Source: Escherichia phage Lidtsur. Taken from it: DNA of 42,291 nucleotides. Position numbers and translations under genes: made by a program. Below the pieces are notes generated by a model that searched no databases, had not been told where the DNA came from, and saw only the letters and a program-made list of their open reading frames with translations. Of the stretch, positions 1 through 6,679 are shown in pieces (within the stretch, counting starts at the first letter, position 1; the number at the start of each line of letters is the position of its first letter). The stretch lies in sequence record NC_048177.1; one strand, written 5' to 3'.

Positions 1-393
1 ATGTACCGTATCTATGCAAGCGCATATCGTCAGGCAAACGCTGAGTGTGTTAATCTGGCGCTTCATTGCAAGGCACTGCGAACGGTGCAGGATATGTTCG
101 GAGTGATTCCGGTCACACTGACAGGCAAGTTTAACGATGCGTATGAGTTAAGCATGGTCTTCCCTGTCGATGGAATCTACGAAATCAGACAGGCTGTTAA
201 GCTGTTCTGTAAAGCCTTTGAACAGGACTGCATCATGGTAGTGACCGATGATGATGATGCAATCTTCATGGATTCACCATATCCGGGCAAGCCTGCTGGC
301 AAGTTTGTCAGCAAGACTGAGGCCGAAATGGAAGCCGGGCAATTCACTGCTTGGACTTACGATGGTGAGCAATTTTGGGTAGTGGAGGCATAA
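1..393 (+). CDS. hypothetical early protein (130 aa)
   Basis: ORF starts at ATG at position 1; a GGAG Shine-Dalgarno (CAACTGGAGAAATAACT) lies at the last bases of the window, so the gene is intact only if the contig is circularly permuted; acidic DDDD stretch; no recognisable domain. Confidence 0.5.
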   Translation: MYRIYASAYRQANAECVNLALHCKALRTVQDMFGVIPVTLTGKFNDAYELSMVFPVDGIYEIRQAVKLFCKAFEQDCIMVVTDDDDAIFMDSPYPGKPAGKFVSKTEAEMEAGQFTAWTYDGEQFWVVEA

Positions 394-394
394 A

Positions 395-469
395 ATGTTC
401 GCAGCACTGTGTGTACTGGCTGCGCTCTGCTGGGTAGTAGACCAGCGCCTGAGCAAACGCCGTGGCTGA
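395..469 (+). CDS. possible 24-aa hydrophobic peptide (MFAALCVLAALCWVVDQRLSKRRG)
   Basis: ATG 7 nt after GGAGG; short hydrophobic stretch then basic tail; below track cutoff, read directly from sequence. Confidence 0.2.
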   Translation: MFAALCVLAALCWVVDQRLSKRRG

Positions 470-529
470 TAGCCTATAGCGTCCTACGGGGCGCTATGTG
501 AAATCAACCAAACCGACAAGGGGTTTATC

Positions 530-1054
530 ATGCAATTCAAATACACTAGCTTCAAAAACGTTGTCCAGCTCGACAAGGCTATCGCTGAGTCAATCAGCAG
601 CGCTAAAACACTGCGTGAAGGTATTCAGGACGTGGCTGTAGGCATTCTGATGCACGCTTACAAGCACGGTGACTACACTCGTGCTGAGCATTACGTCAAC
701 GGGCTTGGAACAGGCGTTCGCCAGAAAGCTCTGGTTGACTGGTTCGTCCAGTTTGGTGGCCTGACCATCGGCACCCGCAGCAACGGCAACGTTGGTTTCG
801 TGGGCTGGAAAGGCGCTGAGCACATCAAAGCCAACTTTGACAAGGCCAAAGAGACTGGCTGGTGGACTTGCAAGCCTGAATCTGCGTTCGAAGGGTTCGA
901 CCTGCAAGCTGCGCTCGACAAGCTGATTGCCAAAGCTGAAAAGGCAATGAACAAGGCAAACGAGCTGCGCCATGAAGGGCGTGATGAGGATGCGAACAAG
1001 GTTGTCGTGCCTCAGAACGTGCTGGACGGCCTGCGCAAGCTGAAAGCTGCGTGA
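530..1054 (+). CDS. hypothetical early protein (174 aa)
   Basis: Track ORF; ATG preceded by AAGGGG; no recognisable motif. Confidence 0.6.
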   Translation: MQFKYTSFKNVVQLDKAIAESISSAKTLREGIQDVAVGILMHAYKHGDYTRAEHYVNGLGTGVRQKALVDWFVQFGGLTIGTRSNGNVGFVGWKGAEHIKANFDKAKETGWWTCKPESAFEGFDLQAALDKLIAKAEKAMNKANELRHEGRDEDANKVVVPQNVLDGLRKLKAA

Positions 1055-1061
1055 TTACTGA

Positions 1062-1084
1062 CAGCCCATTCACTGAGTGGGCTG
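1062..1084 (+). promoter_or_regulatory. intergenic stem-loop, type A (CAGCCCA-9nt-TGGGCTG)
   Basis: Perfect 7-bp inverted repeat with TTCACTGAG loop immediately after the stop of the upstream gene; near-identical copy at 1453-1475. Confidence 0.45.
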
Positions 1085-1095
1085 GATTGTAACCA

Positions 1096-1108
1096 CGGCA
1101 ATAATGCC
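1096..1108 (+). promoter_or_regulatory. conserved 5'-leader motif CGGCAATAATGCC
   Basis: One of four copies of GGCAAT(C/A)(A/C)TGCC located ~25 nt upstream of the start codons of the paralogous acidic genes. Confidence 0.4.
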
Positions 1109-1129
1109 ACAAACCAACTGGAGATTACC

Positions 1130-1435
1130 ATGTCCAAAATTACTGTAGTCCTGCTGCGTGACCTGCCTGCCTCCGCTTTCTCTGGCGGCCACGTTGAAGA
1201 AATGCAACAGCGTGAATACGTGGCGCTGACCGATGGCAGCCGCTATCTGATTGCAGGCATCAACAAAGACCACGATAGCAAAGAGACTATCGAGGCGCAC
1301 TTCCGGGCGAATGGCATCGACCCTGACCTGCCGCTGCCGCTCGTCGCCATGATGAACAGCGTGCCGCTGCTGGATGCCGCCGATGTGGAAGGTGCGACCA
1401 TTGACGAAGTGTTCAGCGTTGAATCCGCAGCCTAA
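1130..1435 (+). CDS. small acidic early protein, paralogue family member 1 (101 aa)
   Basis: ATG with GGAG SD; N-terminus MSKITVVLL resembles MTKLVLI / MTKVTVLL / MAKVTAYF of neighbours; acidic composition. Confidence 0.65.
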   Translation: MSKITVVLLRDLPASAFSGGHVEEMQQREYVALTDGSRYLIAGINKDHDSKETIEAHFRANGIDPDLPLPLVAMMNSVPLLDAADVEGATIDEVFSVESAA

Positions 1436-1452
1436 CGAGCTGGATTAACTGA

Positions 1453-1475
1453 CAGGCCATTCAATGAGTGGCCTG
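1453..1475 (+). promoter_or_regulatory. intergenic stem-loop, type A (CAGGCCA-9nt-TGGCCTG)
   Basis: 7-bp inverted repeat, loop TTCAATGAG; flanks (CTGGATT..ACTGACAG / ATTGT.AACC) also match the 1062 copy. Confidence 0.45.
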
Positions 1476-1512
1476 AATTGTTAACCCAACCAATAGTCTA
1501 AGGAGACTTAAA

Positions 1513-1785
1513 ATGGCAAATGCGTACATTGCTCGCGGCGTAGATTCTCAGAAGGTTCTGGCCTACGTCCTGCGTGACAGCGACACTGAATCCCTGATTG
1601 CTCACACTCGTAAAGAGGGCGAGCCGGAAGAGGCCGAGGCTGTGCTGGCTGAACTGAAAAAGGTAGGCGTACCGCCTGCTATCGCTTTCCTGATTCACGG
1701 CATCCCGGAAGACACACTACAAGAGGTTGCTGAGCCGTTGTGGGGTGAGCGTGTGGAGCTGGAACACGTAGGCGTTGTTGAATAA
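1513..1785 (+). CDS. small acidic early protein, paralogue family member 2 (90 aa)
   Basis: AAGGAG SD; shares KK(V/L)G..(A/I)(F/G)FLIHG motif with the 2585 gene. Confidence 0.65.
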   Translation: MANAYIARGVDSQKVLAYVLRDSDTESLIAHTRKEGEPEEAEAVLAELKKVGVPPAIAFLIHGIPEDTLQEVAEPLWGERVELEHVGVVE

Positions 1786-1790
1786 CAGCG

Positions 1791-1836
1791 GGCTTGACTC
1801 AAGCCATCTTGCGAGGTGGCTTTATGGCAATCCTGC
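1791..1836 (+). promoter_or_regulatory. type B leader element: two short hairpins (loop TTGCGA) plus TGGCAATCCTGCC motif
   Basis: GGCTTG-ACT-CAAGCC and GCCAUC-TTGCGA-GGUGGC stems followed by the conserved GGCAAT..TGCC motif; repeated at 2164 and 2524. Confidence 0.45.
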
Positions 1837-1860
1837 CTCTTAAATTCTGGAGTAATTATC

Positions 1861-2157
1861 ATGACTAAACTCGTACTGATTCGCGGCATCGCTGCTGAAA
1901 AATTTGAAGACGGCGTATCCGCTCCGGTGCTGGCTATCGAGGGTGAAGATACCTTCGCAATCCTGCAAGGTCTGTCGGACGGCTACAACATCGACGAAAT
2001 CAAAGCTGGTGCTCTCGAACAGCTTGGCGAGTCGGGCGATGAGCTGCCGCCTGAGTTCCTGTGGCCTATGCTGTTCAGCAACGGAGTGAACAAAGACAGT
2101 GACGACCTGAAAGGCACGGAAGTTGAAGTGCTGCATGTGTTCGGCGCTGCTGCGTGA
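1861..2157 (+). CDS. small acidic early protein, paralogue family member 3 (98 aa)
   Basis: Internal ATG of track ORF 1816-2157 chosen because GGAG SD lies 8 nt upstream and N-terminus MTKLVLI matches paralogues. Confidence 0.65.
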   Translation: MTKLVLIRGIAAEKFEDGVSAPVLAIEGEDTFAILQGLSDGYNIDEIKAGALEQLGESGDELPPEFLWPMLFSNGVNKDSDDLKGTEVEVLHVFGAAA

Positions 2158-2163
2158 TGCCCG

Positions 2164-2201
2164 GTTGCCTCCTTGCGAGGGGGCAACATGGCAATCATGC
2201 C
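2164..2201 (+). promoter_or_regulatory. type B leader element: 9-bp stem hairpin (loop TTGCGA) plus TGGCAATCATGCC
   Basis: GTTGCCTCC-TTGCGA-GGGGGCAAC stem-loop followed by conserved motif. Confidence 0.45.
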
Positions 2202-2222
2202 CCAACCTATCGAGGATTTATC

Positions 2223-2516
2223 ATGACCAAAGTAACCGTACTGCTGACCAGTGACAAAGTAACCCTCATCGCTCTGCTGGGTGATGCTGTAGAAGATACG
2301 CCGTCACTGGCTCTGGATATCAAGCCGGGTTCCGACCTGTCTGCTGCTATCGCTGAACTGGAAACGCAGTTGAAGAAACCGACTGCGCCTATCATGTTCA
2401 TCGTGAATGGTGGCGGGTACAGCCCGGAAGCGGCAGCGCAGTACAGCCCGGAGAAAGTGGCTGAGTTCACTGTCGATAACCCGGCGCTGGATGAGTTCGT
2501 CGCTGCTGTAGCGTGA
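2223..2516 (+). CDS. small acidic early protein, paralogue family member 4 (97 aa)
   Basis: Internal ATG of track ORF 2154-2516; GAGGA SD; N-terminus MTKVTVLL. Confidence 0.65.
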   Translation: MTKVTVLLTSDKVTLIALLGDAVEDTPSLALDIKPGSDLSAAIAELETQLKKPTAPIMFIVNGGGYSPEAAAQYSPEKVAEFTVDNPALDEFVAAVA

Positions 2517-2523
2517 TTTCTGT

Positions 2524-2562
2524 CTGCCCTTGCATAGTCGAGGGCAGTAGGGCAATCATGCC
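2524..2562 (+). promoter_or_regulatory. type B leader element: hairpin CTGCCCT-10nt-AGGGCAG plus GGGCAATCATGCC
   Basis: 7-bp inverted repeat followed by conserved motif. Confidence 0.45.
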
Positions 2563-2584
2563 ACAACTAACTGAGGGTTCAATC

Positions 2585-2875
2585 ATGGCTAAAGTAACTG
2601 CGTACTTCTCTGCATCCCAAAAAGATATCATCGCTGTGGTCGGCGACGGTCTGGCTCAGGGCAACATGGCACTGTGCACCAGCGGCACCGAGAGCGGCGA
2701 CACTTTCGACACCAAAGAAAGCGCCATCGCTGGGCTGCCGACTCTGTTCGACGATATCAAAAAGCTGGGGGCTATTGGCTTCCTGATTCACGGTGGCGCG
2801 TTGAATGATGACGCTGCTGAGCGTATGGTCGCCGATGGTTATGAAGAAATCGGCTCTATCGAAATCGAAGAGTAA
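2585..2875 (+). CDS. small acidic early protein, paralogue family member 5 (96 aa)
   Basis: Internal ATG of track ORF 2513-2875; GAGGG SD; strongly acidic C-terminus. Confidence 0.65.
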   Translation: MAKVTAYFSASQKDIIAVVGDGLAQGNMALCTSGTESGDTFDTKESAIAGLPTLFDDIKKLGAIGFLIHGGALNDDAAERMVADGYEEIGSIEIEE

Positions 2876-2897
2876 TGCCAGCGCTTGAAGTGTTGGC

Positions 2898-2937
2898 GAT
2901 GATTAGCTGCCATGTAGGTGTTGGCACGCTAATCATC
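2898..2937 (+). promoter_or_regulatory. long imperfect stem-loop (about 15 bp stem), candidate RNase III site or early terminator
   Basis: GATGATTAGC+TGCCA pairs with TGGCA+c+GCTAATCATC around a 9-nt loop; lies in the only sizeable gap of the early region; no downstream U-tract. Confidence 0.4.
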
Positions 2938-2985
2938 TACATCGTTCGCGCTGCCCATAAATCATACAAACGTTAGGAGTTTTGC

Positions 2986-3162
2986 ATGAAGATTGCGGTA
3001 ACACGGAGCGGTGCGAGCCACGTTGCGCACAAGATGCACTTCCTGTTTCACTCGCTGTATCTCACAGCGGCTGCGCTCGAAGGGCATCTGTTCTATAGCA
3101 TCATGGCAGGGGGCACCTTACTGTTCATGTTAGGCACGGCGGTGCTTGGCGATGAACACTAA
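2986..3162 (+). CDS. small hydrophobic membrane protein (58 aa)
   Basis: ATG 8 nt after TAGGAG; translation MKIAVTRSGASHVAHKMHFLFHSLYLTAAALEGHLFYSIMAGGTLLFMLGTAVLGDEH; below track cutoff. Confidence 0.4.
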   Translation: MKIAVTRSGASHVAHKMHFLFHSLYLTAAALEGHLFYSIMAGGTLLFMLGTAVLGDEH

Positions 3163-3325
3163 TCTGCTGGGCTGGGTGAAGAGGGTGGAGCGTCGCCACT
3201 GGGAGACAGCCATCATTCTCAAGGTGGGTATCAGCGCTGGACTGGCTGCTGCTTACTTCTTGCCTACCTCCGCAGCAATAGCCGTTGGCATCAGCATCAA
3301 CTTGCTATGGTTGTGGAAGCTGTAA
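3152..3325 (+). CDS. small hydrophobic membrane protein (57 aa)
   Basis: ATG overlaps the stop region of the preceding small ORF; translation MNTNLLGWVKRVERRHWETAIILKVGISAGLAAAYFLPTSAAIAVGISINLLWLWKL has one clear TMD. Confidence 0.35.
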   Translation: MNTNLLGWVKRVERRHWETAIILKVGISAGLAAAYFLPTSAAIAVGISINLLWLWKL

Positions 3326-3396
3326 GCAGTGGATTACTCAAGGCTGTCCAGCGGGTAGCCTTTATGAAATCCATTCCACAAACAGAGGGTATTAAC

Positions 3397-3663
3397 ATGA
3401 GCAAATTAAAATTAGGTCAGCGCGTTAAATCAACTTGGTTCAACGACGCTGTAGGTGTGGTTGTGTACCGTGGCGATACTGGTGAGAGCCTGCCTGCATT
3501 CGATGCGCACCCGGATGTAGATATGTACCGTGGTCTGGCGTCTGATGACGATGACTTCATCGTCCTGTTCGACGACACGCAGGCCGAAGGTGTTAGCGGC
3601 GAACTGGCTGGCGTGCTGGGTTACGGCTACGACAATGACGGCGACTTCGAAGCGTTGGAGTAA
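3397..3663 (+). CDS. acidic hypothetical protein (88 aa)
   Basis: Internal ATG of track ORF 3307-3663 preceded by AGAGGG; very acidic (DDDD, DNDGD). Confidence 0.55.
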   Translation: MSKLKLGQRVKSTWFNDAVGVVVYRGDTGESLPAFDAHPDVDMYRGLASDDDDFIVLFDDTQAEGVSGELAGVLGYGYDNDGDFEALE

Positions 3664-3665
3664 GC

Positions 3666-3998
3666 ATGGCATTCCACAAAGTGAAAGTGTATCGCGGCAA
3701 GGACTTCGAGGATGGTGAGCACGTTGTCGTGCTGACCTACCTGTTGCCCGACTACCGCGAGGGTCTGGTTGTGTTTAACCAGTTTGAAATCTTAGGTCAT
3801 CACATGACCGCAGAAGATGCAACAGACGAACAGATTATTGAGCGTGTCAAGGCGTACACTGGTGGCCGCCCGTTCATCATTGACCTGCTGAATGACCAGC
3901 ACTTCAATGCTGCCGACCGCACGATGCGGCAATGGGTCGCTACCATGACGCCTATCTTTCAGGGCGACATGTATCTGTTCGGCATAGCCGAGGGATAA
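3666..3998 (+). CDS. hypothetical protein (110 aa)
   Basis: Track ORF, tightly packed behind upstream gene. Confidence 0.55.
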   Translation: MAFHKVKVYRGKDFEDGEHVVVLTYLLPDYREGLVVFNQFEILGHHMTAEDATDEQIIERVKAYTGGRPFIIDLLNDQHFNAADRTMRQWVATMTPIFQGDMYLFGIAEG

Positions 3999-4000
3999 TC

Positions 4001-4315
4001 ATGAAAGTAAGCAGAGGTTTCCTGTTTGTCCTGCTGGTACTGGCTACTCTGTATGTCAGCACCTGCACAATGGCACTGGCTGCCACTATGGAGAAGGTGC
4101 ATTTGGATGCGTATGATGTACCGCTGGGCGCACCTGATGGACAGGTGTACTCTGCTTGCGTCATTGACCTGCATCAAGGCGGCACCATTAGCACGCTGGC
4201 CTACGTTGGCGAGTGCGAAGCGGTGCTGCCACACCTCAAAGAAAAACTGGAGGGCGATGGCACGACCACCATCGTCACTCTATCAATCAATGGTCACAAT
4301 ATTAATCTGACATGA
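4001..4315 (+). CDS. predicted secreted or membrane-anchored early protein (104 aa)
   Basis: Internal ATG of track ORF with GAGGG SD; N-terminus MKVSRGFLFVLLVLATLYVSTCTMALA looks like a signal peptide. Confidence 0.55.
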   Translation: MKVSRGFLFVLLVLATLYVSTCTMALAATMEKVHLDAYDVPLGAPDGQVYSACVIDLHQGGTISTLAYVGECEAVLPHLKEKLEGDGTTTIVTLSINGHNINLT

Positions 4316-4322
4316 GGTGACT

Positions 4323-4472
4323 ATGGGTGGCAGCACATACAATGCCCACGCCAATCAGATAACCTACGCAGGTTACTGCGCACTTGGTGGGGCAAGCAAT
4401 CCAAATCTGGTGAGCCGTGCCGTGTATCTCGGCAGCCACTTCATGCACTGGGAATATTATTTAGTGAGGTAA
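4323..4472 (+). CDS. possible small ORF (49 aa)
   Basis: ATG after GAGGTGA; fills the gap between 4315 and 4478; below track cutoff. Confidence 0.3.
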   Translation: MGGSTYNAHANQITYAGYCALGGASNPNLVSRAVYLGSHFMHWEYYLVR

Positions 4473-4477
4473 CTATC

Positions 4478-4765
4478 ATGTCACTGGCAAGCGAATCAAT
4501 CGTGGATGTTGCTGCACTCATTCATGATGAAGAAGAACAGCGCGGCGTCGCCGCAACCCGTGGCCACCTTGCAGGTAATGGTGGGCTGCGTGGTCATTCA
4601 GTCGGCGGCGTATTCCCCTGCGTAATCTACGCGACGGGCAACATCCACGCAGCACCACCAGTCTGGAACTTCAAGTCACCGGATGGGGTGGAGCACACTG
4701 GCTTCATCAGTTATGAAGATGCGGAAGCAGCCGCGCAAATCTGGCTGGAAGAAAGAGAGGTATGA
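4478..4765 (+). CDS. hypothetical protein (95 aa)
   Basis: Track ORF; GTGAGG SD. Confidence 0.5.
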   Translation: MSLASESIVDVAALIHDEEEQRGVAATRGHLAGNGGLRGHSVGGVFPCVIYATGNIHAAPPVWNFKSPDGVEHTGFISYEDAEAAAQIWLEEREV

Positions 4766-4766
4766 T

Positions 4767-5066
4767 ATGTCCAATCCAAAATGGGAAGCGCTGGTACAGT
4801 GGGTGAAGGATGCCTTTGGGCCTATGCCAACTGCCGTGGCTGACCCGGAGCCGTTCGAGTACATCACCAAGACCAGTGAGCAACTGGAAATCGGTGACTA
4901 CATCGTCGCTTACTCTGGCTATGTGCAGCGCCTCGGTGCCGTCGAGTATGATGGCAAGCGCTTGGTAGTAACCAAGTCCGGTCACTCTCCTGAGTATGAG
5001 TTCTATGCTTACGAGAATGACAAGTTCTCAATCCGTAAAGTAAAAGGTAAATCACATGGCTATTAA
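4767..5066 (+). CDS. hypothetical protein (99 aa)
   Basis: Internal ATG of track ORF 4683-5066 after AGAGAGG SD, 2 nt past the upstream stop. Confidence 0.5.
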   Translation: MSNPKWEALVQWVKDAFGPMPTAVADPEPFEYITKTSEQLEIGDYIVAYSGYVQRLGAVEYDGKRLVVTKSGHSPEYEFYAYENDKFSIRKVKGKSHGY

Positions 5067-5571
5067 TTTTGAAAAGTTTAACAAGCAGCAGCTTGCAGTT
5101 GTGTGCCAGCTCGGTAATGAAATCGACGCCACCCCTGATGTGCACGATATTATCGAGTTCCGTGGCGGGTTCATCCCGAAGGTAGTGTACGTCGCTGCGG
5201 TGCGTAACAACCGTGTTGACAGCATCGGCATCATTCAGCCTACCCGTACGGGTGCAGTCCTTGCCCGCAACGTGACCCTCATCGCCAGCCTGAGCGCCAA
5301 GCAAATGGAACTGGAAGGTGACAGAGAGGGCGTCGTTGCTATGCAGATGGCAGCCAGCTTAGCGGTACGCTTTGCATGTGAAGAGACTGTGCATGATTCG
5401 TATCATGAATGGTTCCTCGCCTGCGAGCATGTGCCGTCCGACCTGACAGAGACGCAGCTCAGCCTCCTGTTCGCTGGCGAAGTTCTCGACCAGATGCTGC
5501 ACCAATTACAGGGTGGCCTGTCTGAATTAATGGAAGCGGCGCGGGGTGTCAAACGTGCTACGCTCCACTAA
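5056..5571 (+). CDS. hypothetical protein (171 aa)
   Basis: Track ORF; start overlaps upstream gene end. Confidence 0.55.
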   Translation: MAINFEKFNKQQLAVVCQLGNEIDATPDVHDIIEFRGGFIPKVVYVAAVRNNRVDSIGIIQPTRTGAVLARNVTLIASLSAKQMELEGDREGVVAMQMAASLAVRFACEETVHDSYHEWFLACEHVPSDLTETQLSLLFAGEVLDQMLHQLQGGLSELMEAARGVKRATLH

Positions 5572-5737
5572 TCTGGTGGTTCGTAAATCACCCACTGGTA
5601 AACACTGGTGGGTGGTTTATGAAGACCTGCCGACATATCCGTTCGCAGTGCGCGAAACAAAATGGGAGGCCGAAGCTAAGCGCGACGACCTTCAACGTAT
5701 AGTAAATAGCATGGGGATAAGTGAATGCCACGCATAA
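5546..5737 (+). CDS. hypothetical protein (63 aa); start uncertain (GTG)
   Basis: Track ORF with GTG start overlapping upstream gene by 26 nt; true start may be a downstream GTG. Confidence 0.35.
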   Translation: MSNVLRSTNLVVRKSPTGKHWWVVYEDLPTYPFAVRETKWEAEAKRDDLQRIVNSMGISECHA

Positions 5738-5964
5738 CAAAAGTGGAAGACCTGAAAGAAGGTGATGTGTATCAACTGTCCGGCGGTATCTTCTGCGCGG
5801 TTGTGCTCGACACCAATAAGAGTGGGTTTAATTATGTTGGCCTCGATAAAGAAGACAGCAACACTCTTGTATTCGTTGGGGTAGATAATGGCCAGCCTCA
5901 GTATTTCCCGGAGGGTTTACTTGACGACCCGGATACTGAATACGGAATGGTATCAAAGGCTTAG
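5725..5964 (+). CDS. hypothetical protein (79 aa)
   Basis: Track ORF. Confidence 0.45.
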   Translation: MPRITKVEDLKEGDVYQLSGGIFCAVVLDTNKSGFNYVGLDKEDSNTLVFVGVDNGQPQYFPEGLLDDPDTEYGMVSKA

Positions 5965-6032
5965 ATATTTACTCATGGCATTCTTGATGGATGCCATTAT
6001 GAAAGTATCTGTTAAGCACAACCGGAGGAAAT

Positions 6033-6233
6033 ATGCTCAAAGTATTAGCGCTGTTTGTAGCTGTAGTTATTTTGTGGGGTGTTGCGTGGGTAGGTATCGC
6101 CTATCTTATTGCACCCTATATCGGGACGCAGCTTACTGGTGTGTTAGGCACACTGCTTGGCTTCGTCGTGGGCGCAGTTGGTATGACCAAGTGCATCGAC
6201 TATGGCTGGGGTAAAGGGTGGATTAAATGGTAG
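6033..6233 (+). CDS. small membrane protein, two predicted TMDs (66 aa)
   Basis: CGGAGGAA SD; sequence is almost entirely two hydrophobic helices. Confidence 0.5.
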   Translation: MLKVLALFVAVVILWGVAWVGIAYLIAPYIGTQLTGVLGTLLGFVVGAVGMTKCIDYGWGKGWIKW

Positions 6234-6679
6234 ACAAGACTTATGCGATGGGCGACCGCATCCGACAGGTAGGCTCCAACTGTGGCACACGCCGTGGCTC
6301 TGAGGGTATCGTAATATATGCGCGGCCTGATGCCCCGAAGGGTGAAACGAAATACCTCGTTCACTGGTACATGTCAGAGAACGGCTACCGCAGGACTGAG
6401 CCAGAGATAGGGCGCTACAAATCTGACTGGCTGACGTCCAACACCATACTCATAGGCGAGCCTGAACCTGCACCTGAGCAGGGCCGGGGCAGATTCATGT
6501 GCCTCGTTGAAGGTGGTACGACGCCGCCGCGACTCATCCACACTACCGAAGAGTCAGCTCGCCGTGAAGCTGAGCGTCTATCCAGAGTGCATGGTGTCAC
6601 AGCCCGCGTCTTGCGTGTCGTTGGTAGTGTCAACATGAAGCGCATAGTGCAGTACGAGCCGGAGTGGGACAACGAATGA
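6227..6679 (+). CDS. hypothetical protein (150 aa)
   Basis: Track ORF. Confidence 0.55.
   Translation: MVDKTYAMGDRIRQVGSNCGTRRGSEGIVIYARPDAPKGETKYLVHWYMSENGYRRTEPEIGRYKSDWLTSNTILIGEPEPAPEQGRGRFMCLVEGGTTPPRLIHTTEESARREAERLSRVHGVTARVLRVVGSVNMKRIVQYEPEWDNE

Noticed and set aside
1816-2875. Longer upstream starts given by the ORF track for the paralogue genes (1816, 2154, 2513) and for 3307, 3932, 4683, 16642, 24523
   Set aside because: The track's first in-frame start codons fall inside the conserved leader hairpins or upstream genes; internal ATGs with proper Shine-Dalgarno spacing and paralogue-matching N-termini were preferred.
5975-5997. AT-rich inverted repeat ATGGCAT-9nt-ATGCCAT between 5964 and 6033
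   Set aside because: Short, AT-rich, and overlaps possible alternative start codons; too weak to call as a regulatory structure.
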